From positions 32,001 to 96,000 of the IMG/VR virus record IMGVR_UViG_3300037313_000197: a DNA stretch of 64,000 nt; one strand, written 5' to 3'. A program made the translations under genes and the position numbers. The notes under the pieces were generated by a model that saw nothing but the letters and a program-made list of their open reading frames with translations, was not told where the DNA came from and made no database searches. This document shows, in pieces, positions 19,067 to 28,180 of the stretch (its first letter is position 1; each line of letters begins with the position of its first letter). Source of the DNA: a virus.

Positions 19067-19234
19067 TTAGAGCCTGACCGTCACCGGTCTTCCTGTGTCC
19101 CTATACACAGTGACAGTGTGTTCCTTCGTGGTGACCGTAGAGACCCCGAGCCACACGTCAAGCGCCGTGAGCGCGCTGATAGCGACCCACAGAACAGCCT
19201 TCTTGATGGAGCGTGTACCCTCGTTGTCCTGCAT
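19067..19234 (-). CDS. Cassette gene, small membrane protein
   Basis: One hydrophobic helix. Confidence 0.6.
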   Translation of the reverse strand: MQDNEGTRSIKKAVLWVAISALTALDVWLGVSTVTTKEHTVTVYRDTGRPVTVRL

Positions 19235-19360
19235 GGCCGACTCACCTATACCCCTGTCTCGGAAAAACCTCACATAGAGGATCTAACTCTCATTTCGCCC
19301 ATATGTCAATAGATGAAATACCCTCAGGGTTGTGAGACTTGACCCCGAAGGGCCAGATGG

Positions 19361-19576
19361 TTAACGCTTGTTGTAGTCCTCGTGGGCACGGTCCAGACTG
19401 TTGAAGTAGTGACCCCACGACCAGTCCTTGTCCTCTACCGCCGACACTACAGCCGTCACGTATTCGAAACCAGAGTCACTAAACTGCGACTTCTTGACCC
19501 CGAAGATGACCAGACCATCATTCTTCGAACCGTAGGGACGGTGAGCGATGATCGTAAAGCCGTTGACCTTGTCCAT
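19361..19576 (-). CDS. Cassette gene, hypothetical
   Basis: GGAGG RBS; WSWGHYF motif. Confidence 0.7.
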   Translation of the reverse strand: MDKVNGFTIIAHRPYGSKNDGLVIFGVKKSQFSDSGFEYVTAVVSAVEDKDWSWGHYFNSLDRAHEDYNKR

Positions 19577-19727
19577 GGTTTCCTCCATGTTGTTCCGGTT
19601 GATATAGCCAATATTACCGGACATAAAACAGGTGTCAAGCCAAAACATAACCCTGAGGGTAACTTATACCCTAAGGGTTTATCAATTTGCAAGAAAAGCC
19701 CACCATCAGGTAGGCTCCCCTGCTTCA

Positions 19728-20228
19728 CTAGTGAGTGTAATCAACAATGACAATCTCAGCGTTAGTGTTGAAATACACATTTCCTTCATGGATATCGGTG
19801 ATATCGGTAACCTTGGAAATGCCAGCCATCATTTCTTTAACGGAAGGATCACACCAGAATTCATCCCAGCCAAATCCATACCAAAGAACATTTCCAGCAC
19901 ACGGCTCGTATTCCATAACGAGAACGTTGGAATCTGTAAAGAATTCAACGCACTTAGCAAGGCGCACCATTCCATTTGAAAGAGCAACAACTTCTGCTCC
20001 CCAAAGATGGAACTGCTCCCATTCTGTGGTGTTCTCCTGCCATAGTCCCTCAGTGTTGTGCTGCACCTTGTACACGTATCCATCAGGAGCAAGAATTGCC
20101 GTCCTATATGCACCCGCGCCCAAAAACTTCCAGCCGTCAGGGAGCGCGTAGGTGTCCGTATCCTCATCGTAGTTGCAAGGCTGGATCAGTTCCCTTGCAA
20201 GTTCTGCTGTGTTTTCGCTCGGTTTCAT
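19728..20228 (-). CDS. Minimal protein-kinase-like (PKL fold) protein
   Basis: LGAGAYR Gly loop, VYK, ENTTE, LVMEY, DIHEGN catalytic loop, IVDY. Confidence 0.75.
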   Translation of the reverse strand: MKPSENTAELARELIQPCNYDEDTDTYALPDGWKFLGAGAYRTAILAPDGYVYKVQHNTEGLWQENTTEWEQFHLWGAEVVALSNGMVRLAKCVEFFTDSNVLVMEYEPCAGNVLWYGFGWDEFWCDPSVKEMMAGISKVTDITDIHEGNVYFNTNAEIVIVDYTH

Positions 20229-20372
20229 GAGGGAATCTTGTCACATGTCCGATTTGTCTTGCAAGTCCGACACGCCCGATATTTACCCTGAGGGTAAATA
20301 AGTTTAGAAATACCCTGAGGGTATAGGAGGGTATGCCAAAATTACCCTTTCGGGTAACCTTGGGCTTGACTT

Positions 20373-20672
20373 CTACTTGCTGGTGGGGTCCAACTTCGAC
20401 CTCTCGATACCGGCCGCGTCACCGATCTTGTTCAGTTCAGCGAGCAACTTCGGACCGTTGAAGCGCTTGGCCTTGGACCAACCGTAGTTGCAGGCCATGG
20501 TTGCCTCCTGATTGCGGAGCATGCTACGACCGTGCTTCATGCGGAAGATCACGGCGTTGCGAAGCATGAGGAAGGCGTAGGTGTTGACCGACTCACGCCC
20601 GGTAATCATGAACCCTCCGTCACCCGTGGACTCGATGCCCTCGGTGGAAAGACGCTGCGGCTCGTTCGACAT
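20373..20672 (-). CDS. Cassette gene, hypothetical
   Basis: AAGGAG RBS. Confidence 0.75.
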   Translation of the reverse strand: MSNEPQRLSTEGIESTGDGGFMITGRESVNTYAFLMLRNAVIFRMKHGRSMLRNQEATMACNYGWSKAKRFNGPKLLAELNKIGDAAGIERSKLDPTSK

Positions 20673-20885
20673 TTTTCTTGCTCCTTGCTCGGTGGTTGAT
20701 ATGGATAAATCTACGCCTGTTTTGAAGAGTCGTCAAGCCCTAATTACCCGTGTGGGTAATGGCCGTTTCGGTGTTTTCCCTGAGGGTAATAATCCCCTGA
20801 GGGTAAGTGTTTACCCTTTACGATGAGATGCAAAAGAGCCAGAATTTGATAAAGGAAAAGGGCACCCTTTCGGATGCCCTTTCCT

Positions 20886-21164
20886 TTAATCCTCGTCTAT
20901 GCTTCTCTCCTGCTGATTCATCAAATCAACAATCTGAGCAGCAAAGATGGTCTGACGCAGGTAAGTCTTATTCCCCTTGTCATCGCCCTTTTCCAAATCC
21001 ATCTGCCAGAATTCCATCATGTGTTTGATTACCTTCCACATGATTGCCTGATATACATAACCACCACGCGTCATGTAATAGGCGAACTCTGCTGGCTTGA
21101 AATCGAGCCTATTGAAAACTTCAAGGAACCGACCTGCCGTGCGCTCTTCGTATGACTTTGCCAT
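20886..21164 (-). CDS. Hypothetical protein
   Basis: GGAGG RBS. Confidence 0.75.
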   Translation of the reverse strand: MAKSYEERTAGRFLEVFNRLDFKPAEFAYYMTRGGYVYQAIMWKVIKHMMEFWQMDLEKGDDKGNKTYLRQTIFAAQIVDLMNQQERSIDED

Positions 21165-21175
21165 GGAGCCTCCCT

Positions 21176-21595
21176 TTAGTTGGCTACCGGCGTGACCTTC
21201 TGAGCACCGTGGTAGGTCAAGACTACAGCATCGTTGCAGGTGTGTCCAACGAGTGAGTAGCCACAGTTCATGCAGGCACCCTTACCGTTGATCTTGTACG
21301 TCTTTCCATTGTGAGTATAGGAAAACATCTGGTCACGGTCATAGCGGTAGAAAGCGTCCGCGTACTGATTGACCTCGACCTCTTCGGTGACCGTCTTCTC
21401 AGTGTCCTTGGAAGGCTTCTTAGCGACCATCACGGTAGCCGTAGGCGCTCCCTTCGTCCGGAAGACCATACCGCCCTTCTTAGCCTCCTGAACAGCCTTC
21501 TTGGCTTCCAGAGACATGCGTCCACGTCCAGCCTTAGCAAGACCAAGGCTGATAGCGTAGTCCTTCTCAGTTCCATTGAACGGCTTCGTACTCAT
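21176..21595 (-). CDS. Protein with an N-terminal Lsr2-like DNA-binding motif
   Basis: KDYAISLGLAKAGRGRMSLEAKKAV resembles the Lsr2 RGR helix-loop-helix. Confidence 0.6.
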   Translation of the reverse strand: MSTKPFNGTEKDYAISLGLAKAGRGRMSLEAKKAVQEAKKGGMVFRTKGAPTATVMVAKKPSKDTEKTVTEEVEVNQYADAFYRYDRDQMFSYTHNGKTYKINGKGACMNCGYSLVGHTCNDAVVLTYHGAQKVTPVAN

Positions 21596-21776
21596 GTGAG
21601 TTAATGCTCCTTGCTTGGGTGGGTGATATAGCAGAGTTTATCCGGGTTCGTTGGGGAATGTCCAGATAGAATTACCCTCAGGGTTTTAATTACCCTGAGG
21701 GTTGAGGAAGGTAGTGCAAAATTTCCCTTTCGGGAAAAGTTGCTAGGCAGTTTTTTGACTTGCCTAGGTCAGTGAC

Positions 21777-22175
21777 TCACTCAGCCGACTCAGTGGCCGG
21801 AACGAGCGAGGCGAGGTCACCACGAGCGAACGCTTCCAGCACGGAGCGCTGCGGCATCCCACGCTCACCCACGCGGACACCAGCCTCACGAGCGGCCTCG
21901 CGAACCTCGCTGATGACGACGGTCTTGGAGAGCGGCGTCTTGCCACCCTTCGCGTTCGTCTTGAACGTCTTGACCTTGACCGTCTTGGGCTCGGCATAGC
22001 CGACCTCGTAACGGACGCCCCGGTTCGACTTCTCGAACTCTGCACGGATGGCCGGGTGCAGACGACCACGCTCGCCCACGCTGTAGTCCTTGGGAAGACC
22101 CTCGATCTTGGAGAGGTCAACACCCTTCGCCCAAGCACGGACGACGGACGCGGTGACGTTCTTCTTCGAAGCCAT
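21777..22175 (-). CDS. Tandem Lsr2-like DNA-binding-domain protein
   Basis: VRAWAK...VGERGRL and VREAAREAGVRVGERGMP. Confidence 0.8.
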   Translation of the reverse strand: MASKKNVTASVVRAWAKGVDLSKIEGLPKDYSVGERGRLHPAIRAEFEKSNRGVRYEVGYAEPKTVKVKTFKTNAKGGKTPLSKTVVISEVREAAREAGVRVGERGMPQRSVLEAFARGDLASLVPATESAE

Positions 22176-22452
22176 GATGTTTCTCCTTCTGTCGTGGGGA
22201 AACCTTTCCCCTTGTTGGTTGTCTCTATCTTGCCTGACTTTGGAGAGACTGTCAAGACCCTTTTACCCTTCTGGGTATTTGTTTGTCGGTCTTGATTGCT
22301 CTTCTCTGTCGCTTACAAGTACAAAGTTACGCCTCATAACAACTACTGTCAACCGTTTCTTTTCCCTGAGGGTTATATCACTACATCTAGTACCCTGAGG
22401 GTAATTTACTACTACATATACCCTGAGGGTAATCTGCCAAACCCCGAAGGGC

Positions 22453-22728
22453 TCAACCCTCATCAGGTTCGAAAGGATTGACTTTTCCGTCCTTGGAAGC
22501 CTTGCGGAAGAATTCGTTTTCACGCTCTAGGCTCTTCTCGACCTCTTCTGACTCAGTTGGGATATACCCAACCCAAGCGATAAGATCGGACATGGCGTCG
22601 GCCGGAACGATGATGGTGATTGCTGGTGAAGTGAAAGACCTTGCTTCCACGTAGAAATCTCCATCTTCACGCTTGCGGAAGAACAGAGAATTTCCATTGT
22701 TCGACTCTATCCAGAAGTCATTCATCAT
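22453..22728 (-). CDS. Cassette gene, hypothetical
   Basis: GGAGG RBS. Confidence 0.7.
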   Translation of the reverse strand: MMNDFWIESNNGNSLFFRKREDGDFYVEARSFTSPAITIIVPADAMSDLIAWVGYIPTESEEVEKSLERENEFFRKASKDGKVNPFEPDEG

Positions 22729-22976
22729 GCCTCCCAGATACCGGTCCGGAGCATCATGCGCTCTCCTGCTCGGTTGTCACGGGTACGTGGTCCACGCATA
22801 CCGAGGCCGGTACGCTCACGATTGCTCATGATCTTGGACTCGTGACGGTTGAAACGCTTTGGGCTCTGAGCCCTCTTCATGTTCTTGTTCATAAGAGGAT
22901 CATTTCATTCGTTCTTATGTCTGTCAAGAGATTTATTTCCCTGAGGGTATACCGGCTCCCCCGAAGGGGAGAACGA

Positions 22977-23288
22977 TCAGTCCTCGTTCCACTTGTAGAA
23001 TTCACGCTGCTGAGCCTTGAACCACTGCTCTGCTGCGTGCTGACTCGTTGCCTTCTGGTAATAGAGAAAACCTTGGTCGTTCTCCATGGTCGTGTACCAT
23101 GCAGGCTCGATTTGGTCGAGAGTGTCAGCCAGACCGGCATCATCCAGAACGTCAAGAAGAATGTCTCGGTCTGTGGACATGTCGATGATGGAGAAGAATC
23201 CCGTAGGAGATTCCACATTACCGTCCGACTGGTTCGCCCAGCCAGCGGAGATGATCGCCTTGAACGCGTTGTCAATGTCTCTGCTCAT
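22977..23288 (-). CDS. Cassette gene, hypothetical
   Basis: Own promoter and hairpin; start trimmed to MSRDID. Confidence 0.75.
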   Translation of the reverse strand: MSRDIDNAFKAIISAGWANQSDGNVESPTGFFSIIDMSTDRDILLDVLDDAGLADTLDQIEPAWYTTMENDQGFLYYQKATSQHAAEQWFKAQQREFYKWNED

Positions 23289-23385
23289 AACGATGAATCT
23301 ACTCCTACTAATAACGAGTGTCAAGAGGAGGTTACCCTGAGGGTATTGCCTCTGGCCTACCGGCCCATGATGGGGCGGTAGGTAT

Positions 23386-23628
23386 TCAGTTGTCTTGGCC
23401 GGTGTCGTAGGTATGAGCAGAAACCATACGTCCATGTCTGTTGACACCGTATCGAATCCACTGACCTTCCTTGAAATTCTCGATGAAGTGGTTCACCTGA
23501 GAATCACCCTCGGTACGTACCGGAGCACGTCCGTCAATGAAGTAGACCCAGAAGGTAGGATTCCCACTTGCAGAAACCCGACCTCTTTCTACTTTCTCGA
23601 TCCGTCCTGCATGGTATGTGATCTTCAT
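23386..23628 (-). CDS. Cassette gene, hypothetical
   Basis: Start MKITYH shortly after the -10, probably leaderless. Confidence 0.65.
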   Translation of the reverse strand: MKITYHAGRIEKVERGRVSASGNPTFWVYFIDGRAPVRTEGDSQVNHFIENFKEGQWIRYGVNRHGRMVSAHTYDTGQDN

Positions 23629-23725
23629 AAGACAGAATTTACAGTGATAACCGATCCGTGTCAAGAGTAAATAACCCTGAGGGTAAAGTGCTCCTGAGCC
23701 TACCGGCCCGAAGGCCGGTAGTGTG

Positions 23726-24226
23726 TCAGGCGTCTTGGAAAGACTTCCCATTGTAGAGAACCCAAGCACTGTGACACTTGCACTGGTGTCCCTTGTACTT
23801 GATAATTCCACGCTTCGTCGTACGCTGCTTGACAAGCCTGTCCATGTGAGCCACAACATTGCCCGTGACAGAACAGGTAACAACGTAGTTGGCAGTTGCC
23901 TTCTTCGCTTCCACCTGAGCGGAGTTGCTTCGCTTGGTTCGGTTGGGAGACTGACCGAGTTCGATCATCTTCCTACGCCAGACGATTCCGTGACCGTGAC
24001 CGGCACCAACAAGAGCGTGTGCAATCTCGTGCATGACCGTAGCCATGAATTCGTCCTCTTCCGAGTTCTCCGTGAGAAACTTGGAGAAAGAGAGAGTCTT
24101 GTATCGGTACTGACAAAGACCGAAACGGTGTCGTGCGTTGTCCCACTGGAACACCCATCCCTGAGAGATGAGTCCGTGGTTCCTCATGGCTGTCTCTGCG
24201 AGGCGTCGTGCCTGTGTCGTGTTCAT
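23726..24226 (-). CDS. SprT-like Zn metalloprotease
   Basis: GLCQY, TVMHEIAHALVG (HExxH), HG..W, C-terminal Cys. Confidence 0.85.
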   Translation of the reverse strand: MNTTQARRLAETAMRNHGLISQGWVFQWDNARHRFGLCQYRYKTLSFSKFLTENSEEDEFMATVMHEIAHALVGAGHGHGIVWRRKMIELGQSPNRTKRSNSAQVEAKKATANYVVTCSVTGNVVAHMDRLVKQRTTKRGIIKYKGHQCKCHSAWVLYNGKSFQDA

Positions 24227-25181
24227 GTAGACAAAGGTAGTTATTAACGGCCATGTTGTCAACGATAAATTACCCTGAGGGTAGAGGCCGGGTAAAGTGA
24301 AAGGGTCACAGGTAGCGACCCTGTAACCCTTGGAAAGAATACGTCTATCCTCTCCCTATAGAAACCTCATCCGGCTACGGACCAGACAGGGGTAGCCATG
24401 GCATCCCTTTGGGAGTTGCACCCGTTTGGCTCCTATATTCACCCTGTTGAAAGTGTCTGGTTAAAGGTGTCTTACTCTGTATTCCCTGTAAGGCTCATCC
24501 TTTGGACTGGTTACCATTGGGCCAAGTTCCTCGTCTCACTTCCAACAACACAAACACTAGTACTGAACATATGGTGTGTCAAACTCCCATTACCCTCAGG
24601 GTCGCCGGTAGAGAAATACCCTTGCGGGTATCCCCTCTCATACAGTACATATCAAGTATGCAATCAGTATGATAGGTGAAAGTATCACAAGGATGACCAT
24701 GGTATATACCACAATCACCATTCCAACAATGAAGTTGTTCACTGTGTCCTCCCATAGAGTCGGTATCTCACCCTACCACTCTACCGGCCCAACTCTTTAC
24801 CCTCAGGGTATCTTCTACTAGTAGGGAAAACCCTCAGGGTATCTTCGCCGGTGTAGAAACAACAAACCAAACATGATAATCGTTTCTACTAGTAGAAAAC
24901 ACCCTATTACGATGGAGACCCTACATCACCGAATTTGTCTCTATTACGATGGCGAGGCTAGATCACCGATTTTTAGCATTTTTGCGGCATTTTTGGCTGT
25001 TTTGAGCCTCATTTGCGTAAAAATCAGCATATTTTAGCCGTATTTAAGCCTTTTATATACTGTCGCCATATCACTTCATATTAGTGTTATCTTGACAGGC
25101 CACATTTATTTCCTTTGTCATCGACATTTAGTGAAGCATATACCTTCATTTGGGCTCAATGAAGGCTATACCTTCATCATC

Positions 25182-25421
25182 CTATCTGTCTACATGGACA
25201 TAAGGTACTAGGGTCTTTACTCTTTGTTTTCTACTAGTTGTTCTTCTAGGAGATTTTGGGAGTTTACATACCGGGCCTCTACATACCGGCGAATTTCTCT
25301 TACTTCTTCCAGTAGTTCTTGGAGAAGTTCTTCCTGAGTCTTCATCATCGTATTCTACTTCTTCGTATTCTACGTATAGGGGGATTCCATACCAAAGATT
25401 ATTGTGGCTAAGTAGTTCCAT
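25182..25421 (-). CDS. Hypothetical protein
   Basis: ORF on the coding strand. Confidence 0.5.
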   Translation of the reverse strand: MELLSHNNLWYGIPLYVEYEEVEYDDEDSGRTSPRTTGRSKRNSPVCRGPVCKLPKSPRRTTSRKQRVKTLVPYVHVDR

Positions 25422-25505
25422 ACCTACCGGCCCCTTTCTTGAAATCCCCCTAGGAGTTTAATCTCCTACTACCAGTTTACACCCGGCAGTATACGTAGGC
25501 AACTA

Positions 25506-25751
25506 TTACGAGTAGATGGATAGCACTTTAACAAGGCAGACGTAGGTGTCTCTTGTTTCATCCTGCCATACTTCTGACTCTATTACTCTTGCTGTCACTA
25601 TACCGGCCCGTGCTTCCCATGTGATGGTGTCACTGACCTGTACGAGCGCGTCAGAGAGGCAGGAGAGGACGAAAATTTCTCCCCCGTGTCTGTATGGCAG
25701 GATATTAATTACGCGCTTCTCAGGGCTGTGTGCGGTCAAATCATGATTCAT
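25506..25751 (-). CDS. Hypothetical protein
   Basis: Coupled ORF. Confidence 0.6.
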   Translation of the reverse strand: MNHDLTAHSPEKRVINILPYRHGGEIFVLSCLSDALVQVSDTITWEARAGIVTARVIESEVWQDETRDTYVCLVKVLSIYS

Positions 25752-26049
25752 ACTGGCGCTCTCCGTGCTCATCGATATAGAAGGTCACCTTGGGCTTCTT
25801 TACCCTTGGTTGACTTGACCTCTGCTGTCTTTCCCACTTCCTTTGAAGTTGCATCCTGACTACTGAATCAGCCTTCCTACCGGCCGATTCGAATGCAGTT
25901 TTCTCATCAGGTTCCAGCACCGTATCATTGAACGTCCAGAAGGGCCAAAATAGCCATGGGCGATAAACTTTCACCCTGACCCAATAGTAGTTGGAAGGGA
26001 TGGAAGGGTTGAACTTCTTAATAGAGACTCGGTAATTTCTACTCATCAC
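25741..26049 (-). CDS. Hypothetical protein
   Basis: Coupled ORF. Confidence 0.65.
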   Translation of the reverse strand: MMSRNYRVSIKKFNPSIPSNYYWVRVKVYRPWLFWPFWTFNDTVLEPDEKTAFESAGRKADSVVRMQLQRKWERQQRSSQPRVKKPKVTFYIDEHGERQYES

Positions 26050-26426
26050 TTCTCCTTGAAATCATAGGACTCGCCGGTCTCCCTGCTGACCTTGAAGGCA
26101 AACTTCTTCATCTTTTCCTGCTTGATCAGTTTGGCAATTTTAGCCTCTGCCCTCAGTCTCAACTCCCGGCGCAGTTGGAGAACTTCATTCTCTGTCATGT
26201 TGGTGAAATTAACACGATCTACTCGATGCCAAGTTGAGGGACGGAAAATAAGACCCATCGGCTCCTTGTAGTCTGCACTTAGGAATGAATACCCTTCTTG
26301 GGTGGTGAATTCCTCAATCTCGATGAGGTAGTCCTTGCCACCGCGCTTTCTATTTACGATGGAGATAGTAGCGAGAATGATTAGAATAAGGACCGCTGTC
26401 CCAATAAAGCCTACAGCAAAGGCCAT
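26046..26426 (-). CDS. Membrane-anchored hypothetical protein
   Basis: N-terminal TM segment after an AGGAG RBS. Confidence 0.7.
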   Translation of the reverse strand: MAFAVGFIGTAVLILIILATISIVNRKRGGKDYLIEIEEFTTQEGYSFLSADYKEPMGLIFRPSTWHRVDRVNFTNMTENEVLQLRRELRLRAEAKIAKLIKQEKMKKFAFKVSRETGESYDFKEK

Positions 26427-26427
26427 G

Positions 26428-27195
26428 TCACTGCTCCTTACGCTTACGAATATCTGCCTTACGACCAAACTGATACCAGCGCACCGGCCTCCACTTGTAG
26501 ACATACTGAGGGTCGTAACTGGAAATGTGGTACGGAACCTTCTGAACACGAACATACCAATTCTTACCACACATGCAGGTATAAATCGATCCGTCAGGCT
26601 CGACAACCTCATCACGATTGTTCTTAGATTCCCACTTGTCAGTGTGAGTCTTTACAGCATTGGGAAGTTCGCACTCATGCTTGGGCAGTGGTGGCATGAC
26701 AACTCCTGTCTCAGTCTCGTGGGGAACCTTAATCTCCATGTGTGGCGAAGCCAGAGGACGCTTGTAGTTTACGAATGGAGTAGGAACAACATCGGAAGGG
26801 ATGGCGATTTCCCTACCGGCCTTACCCACATCATCAGGGCCGGTAGCCTGAGGAAGACCGACAGCCTTACGAGCCTTGGCAAGTCGCTCCTTTGCCTCAC
26901 TTTCGGTGAACTTCTGCATGTAAGCCATTGTCTTCTCCACTTCAAGAGTCTTCATTTCGATTTCATCGGTGTACTTGGCAATAAGGTCTTGCTGTTTCTT
27001 TATCTCAGCGTAGTAAACTTCCTGCCTACCGGGCCGGTTGTTACGGTAGACTCTACCCTTTTCCGTCTCACCGATCAAGTCATCACATGAGTCACAGTTG
27101 TCAGTGAACTCAAAATCAAACCGACTACCGTACTCGTCCCGGTATTCGATTAGGCAGTCGTCACAGTATCCGTACTCACTCGTTGAAGAATTCAT
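26428..27195 (-). CDS. Hypothetical protein with Cys motifs and a coiled coil
   Basis: CDDC, CDSC, CMCG. Confidence 0.75.
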   Translation of the reverse strand: MNSSTSEYGYCDDCLIEYRDEYGSRFDFEFTDNCDSCDDLIGETEKGRVYRNNRPGRQEVYYAEIKKQQDLIAKYTDEIEMKTLEVEKTMAYMQKFTESEAKERLAKARKAVGLPQATGPDDVGKAGREIAIPSDVVPTPFVNYKRPLASPHMEIKVPHETETGVVMPPLPKHECELPNAVKTHTDKWESKNNRDEVVEPDGSIYTCMCGKNWYVRVQKVPYHISSYDPQYVYKWRPVRWYQFGRKADIRKRKEQ

Positions 27196-27391
27196 AGCCC
27201 TTGTCCCTCAGTGTGGAGAAAATATCGTATTCAGCATCACGGTACCCCTCAATAGTATTGAAGTTCATCACGTGCTCGTCCTGATATTGAGGACCACGAG
27301 AAAGAAGAATCTCAATGCGCAGGGCGGTATCGTCTGTAAGAACAAAGACCTTCTGATGAATATACTTTGGATGACGGTACTTGCGCATCAT
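27176..27391 (-). CDS. Hypothetical protein
   Basis: AGGAG RBS. Confidence 0.6.
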   Translation of the reverse strand: MMRKYRHPKYIHQKVFVLTDDTALRIEILLSRGPQYQDEHVMNFNTIEGYRDAEYDIFSTLRDKGYEFFNE

Positions 27392-27399
27392 GATTACTC

Positions 27400-27924
27400 C
27401 TAGTATGGTGGTAGTTCTACGTCTTTTGTCATTACCGGCCACTTCTGATTGCACAGCCTGAGGTAACCTCTAATCTCCATGAGCAGTACGCCAAGAATGT
27501 TATAACCCTTCTTGTCGCATCTCCCCCAGAACTGATCGCCCCATGTGTTGCCTTCAACCAACATAGCATCGCCGGTACCTAGAAGTCTAGCCTCTAGGTC
27601 CGGATCAGTAAACTTGTTCAGAAGAATCTCACGCATAACATCGATCTTCATAGCATCCCACATTTCTACGTCCAATCCCTTGACCTTCTTACCCTCTCTA
27701 CGGGCCTCAGAAGGCGTTTTAAGCGAGGCAATTTTAACGACGTAGGAAACCTTAGCATCCTCGCTCAAAGTCGGCATAGCCTTGTATTTAGCCGCTTGGA
27801 AGACGTGTTCAGCGGTGGGCATGGACAGTGGCTTGTCGGCGGTAGTGAAGTGCTGTGTGTGATAGTGAAAATTCGACAAGAAATAGTGTTCTCCCTTGAA
27901 CTCGGGGATTACCAAATCACTCAT
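27400..27924 (-). CDS. NADAR (YbiA/DUF1768) family N-glycosidase
   Basis: FLSNF, TAEHVFQAAK, LVEGNTWGDQFWG, NILGVLLMEIR. Confidence 0.9.
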   Translation of the reverse strand: MSDLVIPEFKGEHYFLSNFHYHTQHFTTADKPLSMPTAEHVFQAAKYKAMPTLSEDAKVSYVVKIASLKTPSEARREGKKVKGLDVEMWDAMKIDVMREILLNKFTDPDLEARLLGTGDAMLVEGNTWGDQFWGRCDKKGYNILGVLLMEIRGYLRLCNQKWPVMTKDVELPPY

Positions 27925-28180
27925 TGTCCCACCAATCAAGATCAGGCCACTTCTCCTTTAGCCACTCGTGGTCAAGGTGCTGGACACAGACGACGTGAGC
28001 AGGGTTGTAGTAAACATCTTTGATCTTGATGTTTGTAAGTCTGCCGAAGTTTTTGAACAGGTTCAGCAGTTCTCCAAGGCCCTTGCGCATTGGAAACTCG
28101 CCAACTTCGTCAATGAGTTCCTGAGTAATAGGATCGGTCGTCACTACCTCGCCGGTAGAAAGATTAAATTGGAAATACAT
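27917..28180 (-). CDS. Hypothetical protein
   Basis: Coupled ORF. Confidence 0.65.
   Translation of the reverse strand: MYFQFNLSTGEVVTTDPITQELIDEVGEFPMRKGLGELLNLFKNFGRLTNIKIKDVYYNPAHVVCVQHLDHEWLKEKWPDLDWWDNE

Larger units (their letters stand above)
13728..24841. repeat. Dispersed palindromic repeat TACCCT-N-AGGGTA (~42 copies) in promoter/hairpin cassettes
   Basis: Copies at e.g. 13728, 14564, 15058, 15677, 16874, 17265, 17976, 18558, 20284, 20311, 22391, 23333, 24271, 24798; usually 7-9 nt upstream of a minus-strand TTGACA. Confidence 0.95.

Noticed and set aside
21764-22255. 163-aa Arg/Ser-rich ORF
   Set aside because: Alternative frame of the Lsr2-like gene, typical of GC-rich codon bias
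13728-24841. CRISPR array or integron attC array
   Set aside because: Spacers are mostly hundreds of bp and hold promoters and ORFs; there are no cas genes or integrase in the window; the repeat is a short palindrome without attC R/L box structure
13728-24841. Repeat core equals the restriction site CCTNAGG (SauI/Bsu36I)
   Set aside because: A phage would be expected to avoid, not accumulate, such sites; conserved flanks and fixed promoter spacing point to a regulatory role, so the match is treated as coincidental
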